Of a stretch of DNA of 64,000 nucleotides, positions 1 to 9,225 are shown piece by piece (positions within the stretch are counted from its first letter, which is position 1; the number at the start of each line of letters is the position of its first letter). The notes beneath the pieces are model-generated. The model saw nothing but the letters and a program-made list of their open reading frames with translations. It was not told the origin of the DNA and did not search any database. Made by a program: the position numbers and the translations under genes. The DNA is from Opitutia bacterium (GTDB taxonomy: Bacteria > Verrucomicrobiota > Verrucomicrobiia > Opitutales > T3Sed10-336). Location of the stretch: positions 64,001 to 128,000 of the forward strand of contig JBJHCF010000006.1 of assembly GCA_050506795.1 (NCBI GenBank), read 5' to 3'.

Positions 1-2
1 AT

Positions 3-455
3 CCGCTTGGCGTTCATGCGCGAACGTTGCCGGACCCTCGATTTCCTGATTTGACCAGCACCCGTTCGACCATTATCCTAGATTATGGAGATGCGATTCG
101 TTGCTGTCTGTCGATCAACCACAATTTTGCTCATGGGCCAAATCACGTCGGCGCGACGATCAAAGTTGAAGGGACAGACGGTGCGGCCGTCGGAAGCATC
201 GGGGTGCATCCTGATTGGCCGCCGGAGACCCTTGAGTTGAAAGCGGGTGGTTGGCGGTGGGAGAACGTTCCTCTGCGAGGGCGGTGGTTTCCTGACGCGT
301 TTGCCGGCTCTATGGCGAGCCTCCAAAGTTACGCGGCTGGAGATACAGATCAACTTCCGACATCCGTGGACGAAGCGATTAAGACGATGGCTATTGTGGA
401 AGCCTGCTATGAATCCAACGCAGCTGGCTGCACACCGATTCCTGACACTTTATGA
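3..455 (+). CDS. Gfo/Idh/MocA-family oxidoreductase, C-terminal part (5' end outside window)
   Basis: Open from the window edge; ends with the family-typical 'VEGTDG...PTSVDEAIKTMAIVEACYES'; 4-bp overlap with the next gene. Confidence 0.7.
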   Translation, partial: PLGVHARTLPDPRFPDLTSTRSTIILDYGDAIRCCLSINHNFAHGPNHVGATIKVEGTDGAAVGSIGVHPDWPPETLELKAGGWRWENVPLRGRWFPDAFAGSMASLQSYAAGDTDQLPTSVDEAIKTMAIVEACYESNAAGCTPIPDTL

Positions 456-1108
456 AGATCGAAAAGAATTATGCTGGACGTTTGGAGGCCTGCTATACCG
501 GGGCGGTGTATGATGTCCTTCGAGAATTGAGTCTTTTCCAACAGGTGTTGCCGTCAACAATTGGCGCGTTGGATCCCACGCGTACCTTAACCGGTCGTAT
601 CTATACAGTCAGCGGCAGGAAGGATTCCTCTATCGACGCTCACGAGTCGCTGCTTCAGTGGACGGCTCTTCTTTCGCGGGCTCCCCGGGACAGTGTTGTT
701 GTCTGCCAGCCAAACGACCTGACGCTGGCGCACATGGGGGAGCTTTCCGCCGAGACGATGAAGTTCCGCGGAGTTCGCGGCTATATCGTCGATGGCGGAT
801 GCCGGGATTCATCATTCATCCTGAATATTCGATTTCCGGTTTTTTGCCGTTATTTATCGCCTGTCGATGTGGTCGGGCGGTGGGTGGCCGACAGTTTTGG
901 CGAGCCGATAAAAATTGGTGAGGTGACCGTATCCACGGCTGATTATGTGATTGCCGATCGCGACGGAGTCGTCATTATCCCGGGTGATCGTATCGAAGAA
1001 GTGGTGACTCGGACAGAGCAGGTCCTGCAAACGGAGAATCTTGTGCGGAAGGCAATTCTCCAAGGTGTCGATCCTCAGGAAGCCTACCTGAAATACGGAA
1101 AATTCTAG
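452..1108 (+). CDS. RraA/HMG (4-hydroxy-4-methyl-2-oxoglutarate) aldolase family protein
   Basis: Motifs 'AHMGELSA', 'GYIVDGGCRD', 'ADRDGVVIIP'. Confidence 0.85.
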   Translation: MKIEKNYAGRLEACYTGAVYDVLRELSLFQQVLPSTIGALDPTRTLTGRIYTVSGRKDSSIDAHESLLQWTALLSRAPRDSVVVCQPNDLTLAHMGELSAETMKFRGVRGYIVDGGCRDSSFILNIRFPVFCRYLSPVDVVGRWVADSFGEPIKIGEVTVSTADYVIADRDGVVIIPGDRIEEVVTRTEQVLQTENLVRKAILQGVDPQEAYLKYGKF

Positions 1109-1110
1109 TC

Positions 1111-1497
1111 ATGCTGCGAACAGGAATTTTAAACCCAGCATTGCTCTCACTCCTCGCTCGCGTACGTCATACGAATGCGCTGGTTGTCGCGGAGCGTGGC
1201 TTCCCCTTCTGGCCGGAACTGAAACGATCGACCGCTCTTTGGTTGACGATGTTCCAACTGCGTCAAGTGATTTGCGCCATCCGGGAGAAATTTGTAGTGG
1301 GCGAGACCTACACGGCTGAAGAGTTCCTTGGGAAATACGGGCGAGAAGCGCGGGTTGCGTTCGGAAGGGAAATTCTTGGAGTGCAAGTCAGGTATGAACC
1401 GCACATGGATATCAAGAAGCGAGTGCCCGGCGCCATTAGACTAATTCGGACGGGTGACTCCATTCACTTTGCCAACGTCATTCTAGTTTCAGGTTAG
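1111..1497 (+). CDS. RbsD/FucU-family sugar mutarotase/pyranase carrying an internal compensated frameshift
   Basis: 'MLRTGILNPALLSLLARVRHTNALVVAERGFP' and 'IRTGDSIHFANVILVSG'; the family-like 'ETIDRSLVDDVPT' lies in another frame at 1221-1259. Confidence 0.75.
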   Translation: MLRTGILNPALLSLLARVRHTNALVVAERGFPFWPELKRSTALWLTMFQLRQVICAIREKFVVGETYTAEEFLGKYGREARVAFGREILGVQVRYEPHMDIKKRVPGAIRLIRTGDSIHFANVILVSG

Positions 1498-1821
1498 ATG
1501 AATTCGCGTTGTTTTCAGCTCAATTCTCGTGACAATGTAGCCACGTTGCTCAATGATGCGGATCCGGGCAAGGTAGAGGTTCTCGGAGGCTCCGGAACGG
1601 TTGAGTTGTGTGAACCGATCAGGCTGGGACACAAGGTAGCCCTGCGGAAAATTCATCCTGGGGAGCCCGTAATTAAGTTTGGCGTTTCTATTGGTCGCGC
1701 TACCGTTCCGATCCAACCCGGTAGTTGGGTGCATCTGCACAATTGCGCCAGTTTTTTGGATGGGCGATCGTCGACACTCGATCTTGAAACCGGAGTTCCA
1801 AACGATTCCACCTATGACTGA
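1498..1821 (+). CDS. UxaA-type dehydratase small subunit (SAF domain)
   Basis: 'DNVATLL', '[23 protein letters not shown]', 'GSWVHLHN'. Confidence 0.85.
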   Translation: MNSRCFQLNSRDNVATLLNDADPGKVEVLGGSGTVELCEPIRLGHKVALRKIHPGEPVIKFGVSIGRATVPIQPGSWVHLHNCASFLDGRSSTLDLETGVPNDSTYD

Positions 1822-3025
1822 CAGCGACTATTCCTGGACTGGTTATCTTCGTCCTGACGGGCGAAAAGGAGTGCGCAACCTGGTGTTGGTCCTTTACACT
1901 GTTGAATGCGCCCGGCACGTGGCCCACGCGATTGCGGCTGGTGAGAAAGACACCCACGTGGTTGGGTTCCCAGGATGCTTTGACAATGCTTACGCAATTC
2001 GATTGATGCTCGCGTTTGCGCGGCATCCAAATGTAGGGGCCGTTTTGAGCGTGGGTTTGGGGTGTGAATACACACAACCGGAGAGGATCAGCGAGGCGGT
2101 CGCCCGCTCATGTCGACCTGCGGAATGGTTTTTTATTCAGGACAGTGGAGGAACCATGGGCAGTATTCAAAAGGGAAAGCAGATCGTTGCTATGCTGCGT
2201 GAGGAGATTTCCAGGAACGTTCCCCGGGTTCCGATGGATCTTTCCGATTTGACAATCGGATGTGAATGTGGGGGATCTGACGGAACATCAGGTCTTGCCG
2301 GGAACCCCGTGGTTGGAGCGTTCTTTGATCGGCTGGTAGAAATCGGTGGTTGCGCGATCTTTGAGGAACTGGTGGAAATGATCGGCCTGAAGTCATTGCT
2401 TGTCGAGCGGGCGGCATCTCCGATGGCTGCGAAACAACTGGAAGCTGCCTATGAGAAGGCTGCGGATTACTCGAGGGCTGTGAGGCAATATTCCGTTTCT
2501 CCGGGCAACTTCGCCGGAGGGCTCACGACCATTGAGGAAAAGAGTCTGGGGGCCTTTGCCAAGAGTGGAGCTTGCCCTATTCAAGGAGTGATTCAGGTTG
2601 CCGAACGCCCACCCAATCCAGGACTGTGGTTGATGGACACCGTTCCGGATCCTCATTTTATGCAGTTTGGCTATACGAATCCAAATGATACGGAAGGTAT
2701 CATGGATTTGATTTCTGGGGGCTCTCAAATCGTTCTCTTTGTGACGGGCCGGGGAAGTGTGATTGGAAGTCCTATTTCCCCTTTGGTCAAGATCACAGGA
2801 AATAGCGCCACCTATCAAAAAATGCGAGAGGATATGGATTTTGATGCCGGGCGTATTTTGACCGGGGAGATCTCAGTGGAACGTGCAGCTGATGAACTGA
2901 GGGAGCTGGTTGTTGCGGTCGCCAGCGGTCAGCAAAGTCGCCCCGAAGCGCTTGGACATCGGGAGTATTTCATTATGTATAAGCATCAGAACACGCCAAG
3001 TCTTTCCGGGGGATGTCGGGCATAG
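1814..3025 (+). CDS. UxaA/GarD-family sugar-acid dehydratase large subunit
   Basis: '[13 protein letters not shown]', '[15 protein letters not shown]', '[10 protein letters not shown]', '[19 protein letters not shown]', 'FVTGRGS'; ATG at 1814 overlaps the SAF gene. Confidence 0.9.
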   Translation: MTDSDYSWTGYLRPDGRKGVRNLVLVLYTVECARHVAHAIAAGEKDTHVVGFPGCFDNAYAIRLMLAFARHPNVGAVLSVGLGCEYTQPERISEAVARSCRPAEWFFIQDSGGTMGSIQKGKQIVAMLREEISRNVPRVPMDLSDLTIGCECGGSDGTSGLAGNPVVGAFFDRLVEIGGCAIFEELVEMIGLKSLLVERAASPMAAKQLEAAYEKAADYSRAVRQYSVSPGNFAGGLTTIEEKSLGAFAKSGACPIQGVIQVAERPPNPGLWLMDTVPDPHFMQFGYTNPNDTEGIMDLISGGSQIVLFVTGRGSVIGSPISPLVKITGNSATYQKMREDMDFDAGRILTGEISVERAADELRELVVAVASGQQSRPEALGHREYFIMYKHQNTPSLSGGCRA

Positions 3026-3137
3026 GGGCGGCGGCCTTAAACTGGAAGATTAGGCCCAAAATAAGCGAGGACCTTTCGGCACACACGCCAATTCGGATTC
3101 CTTAGGATAACATGCACTAAAGACAGCTATATTTAAT

Positions 3138-3582
3138 TTGGCTTTCCGCTTCTTCCGTCGATTTCGCGTAGCCCCCGGGGTGACGGTGAACCTCACCAAA
3201 CGGGGCGGTTCGCTCTCTTTTGGCCCTCGCGGGGCTAAGCTGACGGCGGGAACCAGCGGAGTCCGGCGTACGCTCAGTGTTCCCGGGACGGGCCTTTGGA
3301 ACACGGAGAACGTCGGGGGGAAGTCATCGGGCAGGAAGAGCGGAACCCGAAAGGGTGCAGCGGCGGCCCCGCCGGCGCCCACGGTCCGCCCGCAGGACCG
3401 GCTGACCCCTGGGGTTCTTCAAGCGCCTGTTCACCCCGGTGGCCGAGCGGGATTTTGTCGATGGAATGCGGGAGTTCGCCGTCGGGAATCCGGATCAGGC
3501 CTATAACCATCTCTTGAAATGCGAACACCTGGCCGACGCGGCATTCCTTGCCGGGATGATCGCGGCCAAGGCCGACCGCCTC
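3138..3582 (+). pseudogene. DUF4236-domain protein, frameshifted and 3'-truncated
   Basis: 'FRFFRRFRVAPGVTVNLTKRGGSLSFGPRGAKLTAGTSG' is DUF4236-like; an extra C in the run at ~3406-3409 shifts the 'LGFFKRLFTP...' continuation; cut off at 3583 by the duplicated NERD segment. Confidence 0.7.
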
Positions 3583-3953
3583 GATGCCGCCCCCCTTAAC
3601 CTCGAGAACCAGGTACCCGCGATAGGGGTGGAAAATGATGAAGTCAATTTCCTGCTCTTCGGGACGCTGGTGATACCGGTCGGAACGTGTGGTGTTGATC
3701 CGCTGGCCGTGGAAGACCACGAAGTCTTCGGGCAATCCGTCGCGAAGCGCAGCGAACACCTTCATCTCGGACCTCGGGATCCCCTGCGGAGGGTTTTGGG
3801 GAAAAATTTCAGCCATAACTTCCCTTGCGAAGGCCTCAAGGTCACAGAGTCGTGGCCCGAAGCCGAATTCGGTCGAACAGCGGAACGCAATCCTTCAATC
3901 ACGGATAATCCTGATGCGCCAGGATAAAGCCCTTTCGCTCCACGAAAGCGGAA
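3583..3953 (-). repeat. Diverged 371-bp copy of 10648-11018 (5' end and upstream region of the NERD-helicase gene)
   Basis: Colinear with scattered substitutions; encodes MAEIFPQNPPQGIPRSEMKVF...LVLEVKGGGI, then similarity stops. Confidence 0.95.
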
Positions 3954-4149
3954 TCAACCCTGTCGGAATGCTTCGCTCCGGATCCGTCCCCCTTCCGCAG
4001 CACCGAGAACGTGTGGTGATTTGAGGGGAGTTCTGGTTGAATGGTTTGCAAATTGTTGAGCCCTGACGTCGTCTGATTTGCCTTTTCCCTTGCCCCTGAC
4101 TCAATCAATTGGCACATTTCCGGACACAACGCAGTTCGGGCCAAGTTCT

Positions 4150-4449
4150 ATGAAACTTCAGAAACAGCTTACCGCCTTTGCGCAGGCGCATCCCGAAATC
4201 GTCCGCCTGGAACTTTTCGGCTCGTCTGTTCGAGGCGACTCCAAGGCGGATAGTGATGTGGATTTGCTGGTTACCTTCGCGCCCGACGCCGAAATCACAC
4301 TGTTTGATCTCTCCGCGTTGCAGGAAGAGTTGGAATCGACTCTTCAGAAACCGGTCGATCTCGTGACACGAAGATCTGTTGAACAGAGCCGCAACCCACT
4401 ACGCCGTGAGCGGATTCTGAATGAGGCAGTGGCTGTTTATGGACGCTGA
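4150..4449 (+). CDS. Minimal nucleotidyltransferase (MNT antitoxin-type)
   Basis: 'LFGSSVRGDSKADSDVDLLV' GS/DxD motif and 'KPVDLVT'; 99 aa. Confidence 0.9.
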   Translation: MKLQKQLTAFAQAHPEIVRLELFGSSVRGDSKADSDVDLLVTFAPDAEITLFDLSALQEELESTLQKPVDLVTRRSVEQSRNPLRRERILNEAVAVYGR

Positions 4450-4504
4450 GCAGAAGACGTATTTGCGGGATATCCTGGACGCGGCAAACCTGATTTTGGA
4501 CTAA
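4439..4504 (+). pseudogene. Remnant of the cognate HEPN (DUF86-type) toxin
   Basis: Overlaps the MNT stop; encodes MDAEQKTYLRDILDAANLILD* (DUF86-like 'YLxDIL'), followed by TAA TGA. Confidence 0.65.
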
Positions 4505-4537
4505 TGACGCGGACTTTGGCGAGGCCTCCTGCATCCA

Positions 4538-4765
4538 TCATCCTTCACCAGCAGCAGCAACCGGGCGAAGCTCATAAATACGTCCGTATTGGGCGGCGGC
4601 ATCAAGGTTGCCCTGGCGAAGCGCCTCTCTGGCATCGTCCAACTTATAGGCATCTTCGAGATTCAGGTAAGGGGACCAACCCGTTTCGTCTTCCACTAAT
4701 CTGACATCAACCTCCGCCACATAACGGCCCTCGTGAATATACTTGGTCTTTCTTCGTTCTCTCAT
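4538..4765 (-). CDS. Small hypothetical protein, partner of DUF4258 (putative antitoxin)
   Basis: 75 aa, 2 bp downstream of DUF4258; 'EGRYVAEVDV...WSPYLNLEDAYKLDDAREAL'. Confidence 0.7.
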   Translation of the reverse strand: MRERRKTKYIHEGRYVAEVDVRLVEDETGWSPYLNLEDAYKLDDAREALRQGNLDAAAQYGRIYELRPVAAAGEG

Positions 4766-4767
4766 GG

Positions 4768-5088
4768 CTAAATCCTCCTCAAAAAATCTTTATCCCAACG
4801 GTCCGGGTCGGGGCGGTAAACGGTAACCACAACAGCCGGGTAATCCCGGCCTTTGGGAATTCCCCACACGACGTGAATTGGATTGCCTGTCCGGTCCTTC
4901 TGCCATACGAGGGCACACGGCCCCTTGGGAAAGTCAGGATACTCCTCAACCAGCGTACCGTCAAATACCCCGGCTATCACTTCTCTCGCGGTAAGGTCGT
5001 CATCGGCCATTTCATCATACCCATGCTCAGAAATTCGAATTTTATCCTCCCGGATAAGGTTACGAACCCGTTGAAGAAATTCACTCAA
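4768..5088 (-). CDS. DUF4258-domain protein (putative toxin)
   Basis: 'RISEHGYDEM', 'LVEEYPD', 'PIHVVW', 'VVTVYRPDPDRW'. Confidence 0.8.
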   Translation of the reverse strand: MSEFLQRVRNLIREDKIRISEHGYDEMADDDLTAREVIAGVFDGTLVEEYPDFPKGPCALVWQKDRTGNPIHVVWGIPKGRDYPAVVVTVYRPDPDRWDKDFLRRI

Positions 5089-5354
5089 TTTCTTATCTCC
5101 ATTGGAACCTGTTGATGGTCAGTTGAGATACGATGAGTTTCCGGCAAACGCAAACGAATTACTGGGGCACCCCAAGGCCAGCCTCCAAACATTCCTGCCG
5201 GAATCGGCAAACTACTGCGCAAAGCAGGAATCATCGGTCGCAGCCCCCCATTCCCCCATTCACCCGCTCAATTCCTCCCCGCCCATCCCCTCTTCGACTC
5301 GCGCCTCGCCGGCTCTCCCCCTCGCCCCACGCCCCCCGATTCACGCCCCTTGCT

Positions 5355-5417
5355 GCCGTCTGAAGAACGGCGCTACCGCTTCACGACTCCGCCAGTAGGT
5401 CGGTGCTTCAACCCGAC
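5355..5417. repeat. GTAG-type REP doublet (copy 1)
   Basis: GCCGTCTGAAGAACGGCGCTAC, spacer, GTAGGTCGGTGCTTCAACCCGAC; each half is GTAG plus an imperfect palindrome. Confidence 0.8.
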
Positions 5418-5511
5418 TTTTGCACCGCCATTGGCGAAGTGCCGGATCGACGACCGCAATACCGGCAATCCAAAACGGTCCAGACTACAGACGTCATCCG
5501 GTTCCTTCTGA

Positions 5512-6717
5512 TCATTCGGATTGGGTTTTTTCAATACCTGGCTTTGACGCATGAATCGGAGGGCTGGGTTCAGACATTAGTTCCAGAAGAGCTTTGGCAA
5601 CAAAAACCCGGTTTCGTTTCTGCCCCGTGTACTCGTGCAAGAGTCCCTGTTTGACCCAGAATTCAACCCCCTTGTTGGCATTGTGAAAGCTCTCACCGAC
5701 TCTCTGTGCGTACCGGGCGATGGAAATGAAGGGATTGGCGAAGACATGGTCGAGAATTCGAGCCGCTTCCTGAGGGACTCGTTTGCCTTCCTTAAGGCGA
5801 ATACGGTTCTGCTCGTAAAGCTCCAGGACTCTCCGAGTATCCGCCAGCGCACGCTGGGCCTGCAGGCGGACTCCCCTTAAAAAATAGGCGATCCATTCCC
5901 GCCACGCGCCCTTTTGACTGACTTCCAGCAAGAGGCGATAGTAGTCCTCCCGTGTTTCATCGAAAAACCCGGACAAGTACAGCAGTGGCTGAGAGAGGCA
6001 GCCTCGTTCGCAAAGGAACAAGGTAATAATCAGGCGTCCAATGCGTCCGTTTCCGTCCAGAAACGGGTGGATAACTTCAAACTGATAGTGGATCAAGGCG
6101 GCTTTCACCAACGGGGGTTCACTGCCCTGGGAATGAATATAGTTTTCCAGCGCGCCAAGATGCTCCCCGACGGTTTCCGGAGGAGGGGGAACAAATGTGG
6201 CTTCCTTCAGGGTACATCCGGGAGGACCGATCCAGTTTTGACTTCGACGATACTCCCCCGGGGTCTTGGTGCCTTCCCCGCCCCGGACATCCCGGAGCAA
6301 AATGCGATGCAGTTCACGAATGAGGCGAGTGCTTATCGGCAACTCGTTCAATCGGGCCAGTCCGGTCTCCATGGCACGGACATAGTTGGCCACTTCCCGC
6401 ACGTCGGGTTCGCGAACAGACTTTTCCTCGTCTTCAAACAGCGCCAGTTGTTCCATTCCGGCGTGGGTGTCTTCAATCCGTGAACTCAGGATGGCTTCCC
6501 GTCGAAGGTAGGGCCGGATCAGAAGGTGAGGATTCGGTAGGAGTTGTCCTGCGCCGGACAGTTCGGACAAGGACCGGTCCGCTTCGGAAATCAGATTGAC
6601 CAGATCCCAGTCCAACGTCAGGTCTGGAGGCAAACAACTGGGGTAAAAGGCGTTATAACCTTCGAGCGTCTTCCGGCACTCGCCTGGGGCCTCGTTTTTG
6701 AAGTCGGAGGGATTCAT
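5512..6717 (-). CDS. Fic family protein (Fic_N + Fic domain + C-terminal HTH-like region)
   Basis: Catalytic 'HPFLDGNGRIGR' and N-terminal 'EAILSSRIE' motif. Confidence 0.93.
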   Translation of the reverse strand: MNPSDFKNEAPGECRKTLEGYNAFYPSCLPPDLTLDWDLVNLISEADRSLSELSGAGQLLPNPHLLIRPYLRREAILSSRIEDTHAGMEQLALFEDEEKSVREPDVREVANYVRAMETGLARLNELPISTRLIRELHRILLRDVRGGEGTKTPGEYRRSQNWIGPPGCTLKEATFVPPPPETVGEHLGALENYIHSQGSEPPLVKAALIHYQFEVIHPFLDGNGRIGRLIITLFLCERGCLSQPLLYLSGFFDETREDYYRLLLEVSQKGAWREWIAYFLRGVRLQAQRALADTRRVLELYEQNRIRLKEGKRVPQEAARILDHVFANPFISIARYAQRVGESFHNANKGVEFWVKQGLLHEYTGQKRNRVFVAKALLELMSEPSPPIHASKPGIEKTQSE

Positions 6718-6926
6718 ACTGCAGGGAAATTAGAAAGAGTTAAATTACCAACGCAACTATTGAAGCGAATTCCATTTCGGCGCAATAAGAATTTCCCCTG
6801 ACTGATTTTGCTCGGATTCGATGCATCACGATTAATCGCAATCGCCGCGGTCTTGCCGATGTTCGAACGGGAACTTCCCCCTCCGATTCGCCCACTCGCC
6901 GGTTCCCCGACTCGCCCCTGGCCGCC

Positions 6927-6990
6927 GCCGTCTGAAGAACGGCGCTACTGCTTCACAGCTCCGCCACGTAGGTCGGTGCTTCAGCCCGAC
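6927..6990. repeat. GTAG-type REP doublet (copy 2)
   Basis: Near-identical direct repeat of 5355-5417. Confidence 0.8.
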
Positions 6991-7099
6991 TTCCTGATCC
7001 CGGGAAGTGTGCCCACCGTCCCTCGCACCACGCCCCCACGTCCCTCGTCCCCTCTCCGGTTCCCTACCTTCTACCTTTTGACTTTTACCCTTTAACTTC

Positions 7100-7610
7100 C
7101 AACGCCCTCGCCCCAGTAATCGCGCGACCCGCCACGCGACCGCATCTTCCGCCGGATGAAACTTCCGTTCCCGGGGCAGGATGACGTATTTGCCGTCGAG
7201 CCGGACCACTTCCTCCTGGCCCTCAATGCGATCATCCAGAAGCGGCGACGGACGCCAGACCAGCCTTCCTGCATCGTCGGCCGGAGCGCTCAAGTGCCGG
7301 TCGAGCGCCCAGTGGTGGTTCTTGCACAAACTGATGCCGTTGGTCGGGTGGTCGTTGAAGCTCTCGGAGAACGGAATCAGGTGACACGCATCCACCAGGG
7401 TTAGATCCTCGAACCAAAACCGCAAACCACACGCCGCACAGCGGAAGTCGTAAACGTTTTCGACCGTTTTCACGAAAGCCCCGTTGCGGGCCGGGTCGGT
7501 CTCGAAGGCGACCGGATCCTCGGCGGCCTTCGCCGGACATACGACGTACTCCGCAATCAGCGCCTGAAGGGGCTTCCGGTGATCCGGGAAATACCGGTTC
7601 ACCAGCGACG
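7100..7610 (-). pseudogene. HNH endonuclease C-terminal half (related to 11292-12218); N-terminus lost; boundaries approximate
   Basis: 'YDFRCAACG', 'VDACHLIPFS...NDHPTNGISLCKNHHWALD'; the flanking parts of the track ORF are not protein-like and run into REP DNA. Confidence 0.7.
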
Positions 7611-8048
7611 GTCGATGAGTTCTTGGATTGGTTTCCCGGCGTGAGTCGGGAACAGGTCGATCAGGTTCTCGAGTTTGCAAAGAAGAGTCTTGTAGCCTGA
7701 TGCGGAGCCTTTCGATCTTTATTCTCCCGACGACAAGATGGCCCGAACTCAGGAAGCACGGTCCGTTGATTGCCAGCGCAATCACGGCACTCAGACCGGG
7801 GCAGTGCGTTTACTGGGAGCTTCCGTAGCGAACCTCATAAGAACGATCACTGCCGAAAGAGACCGGGAGCGGAATACCGGAAACTACGAATCACCCGAAT
7901 CTTCGCGAATCGGGAATCGGCCAAACAATCCGCTACGAGCAATCCCAAGACCAATCAGTCCCGAGAAAAGATTCGCGCCGGACTCGGGATTCTTAAAACG
8001 CCATAGCGAGCTTCCGGTAGTTTGACGGCGGAAAAAAGTGCTGTTTTG

Positions 8049-8246
8049 TCAAGAGTACAGACCTGACGTCTTCCCGGTCCCCCAAATCGGGAAAAAATCA
8101 GGGGTGGCGGGGTACCCGCATTCGGTAAAGAATCCGTCGAAGAAGGTATTGGGATCGTGGTGGCTTATTTCCAGTTCCGGAAAGGACGTTTCAAGAATCC
8201 GGCAGGTGTCTTCGGCGACTTTTTTCGGTTCGATGATGGTTTTCAT
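8049..8246 (-). CDS. Short hypothetical protein or gene fragment
   Basis: 65-aa ATG ORF with protein-like composition; no recognised motif. Confidence 0.3.
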   Translation of the reverse strand: MKTIIEPKKVAEDTCRILETSFPELEISHHDPNTFFDGFFTECGYPATPDFFPIWGTGKTSGLYS

Positions 8247-8526
8247 GGGTCATGTGGGGATATTCTGATTCAGCCGCGTCAGCAAGGCGGCTTTGGCTGA
8301 TTGATCCAGGAAGATAACATCGAGCGCGTTGCGCTGGAGGCGGAGGATTTGCAGGCGGGTGATTCCGGGGCAGAGCCTCGGTAACAGGAGGAGGTTGTGG
8401 CTGAGGCAGAGCAGCGGATTCCGAGAAGCCTCGATGAGTACGGGGCTGCGGACGGGTTTCATCGTCCGAACCCTTGTGTGGGCAAAGAGAGCTTCCTTCG
8501 CCTCCGGCAACCGACGTTTGCGATGT

Positions 8527-9195
8527 TCAAATCATTTCAAAATCCCCTGATGGGTTGTCCACCAGCCAGGAGTGGCCGGCGGGGGAGATTTCCCAGAGTC
8601 CCTGTGGGGATCCTTTCTTCATGCGGCCGTCATTGTTGACCATTCGGTTTCTCGCCCATTGGGCGCTGTTGCGCCATCGGATTTGATTCTTATCGGATTT
8701 CAGTGGTTCGTAGTCCACGGGCTTCAGAACGTCTTTCATCTTTTCGCCTACGCGATCCAGGACGACTTTGGTTTTCCCTTTGCCTCCCATCTCGACGAGC
8801 ACTTCGAGAATCGGCCGGCAAAACTCCTCGTGAGGAGTGATTTGTCCTTTGCGCTTCTTACCAAAGAAGCGCTTGCTGACGATCCTTTGTACTTCCGGTG
8901 TGGCTGTGTCGCGTGCCGCCTCCAGTTGAGACCACTCATCTTCCAGGGTGGCTACCTTTTGTTTGAAGGTGATGAGACGCTCGGCAAAGTCGATGACTTG
9001 CCGAGCGGTCTCATACTCGCCCGTATTCATCGCCTCCGATCCCTCTTCGCGGATGCGTTTCTCCTCCTTGCTCAGTGTTTCGGATAAAAGAGAAAGCGCT
9101 TGTCCCACATCGTTATTGGGATCGGCATCGTTTTGTTGCTGTTGTTTTTTAGGCATCTGGTGGTTTGATGGCTGTGAACGTTGAGGGTCTTTCAA
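8527..9195 (-). CDS. Coiled-coil + Mrr N-terminal (winged-helix) domain protein without a nuclease domain
   Basis: 'RPILEVLVEMGG...RWRNSAQWARNRMV...SPQGLWEISPAG' matches Mrr_N; helical N-half. Confidence 0.8.
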   Translation of the reverse strand: MKDPQRSQPSNHQMPKKQQQQNDADPNNDVGQALSLLSETLSKEEKRIREEGSEAMNTGEYETARQVIDFAERLITFKQKVATLEDEWSQLEAARDTATPEVQRIVSKRFFGKKRKGQITPHEEFCRPILEVLVEMGGKGKTKVVLDRVGEKMKDVLKPVDYEPLKSDKNQIRWRNSAQWARNRMVNNDGRMKKGSPQGLWEISPAGHSWLVDNPSGDFEMI

Positions 9196-9225
9196 GGGTA
9201 CCGGCCTTACGGCTTTCGTGTTCGG

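Noticed and set aside
3274..3816. 180-aa NERD-like ORF as an intact gene
   Set aside because: Only the first ~78 aa match the NERD gene; the rest is antisense DUF4236 sequence
7690..7730. 'KAPHQ' in an alternative frame, resembling the SBD 'KAPHK' motif
   Set aside because: Not followed by the hydrophobic PLLLL helix; likely chance
6832..7785. 317-aa ORF as an intact HNH nuclease
   Set aside because: The N-terminal ~60 aa and C-terminal ~90 aa are not protein-like; the tail translates REP and heptamer repeats
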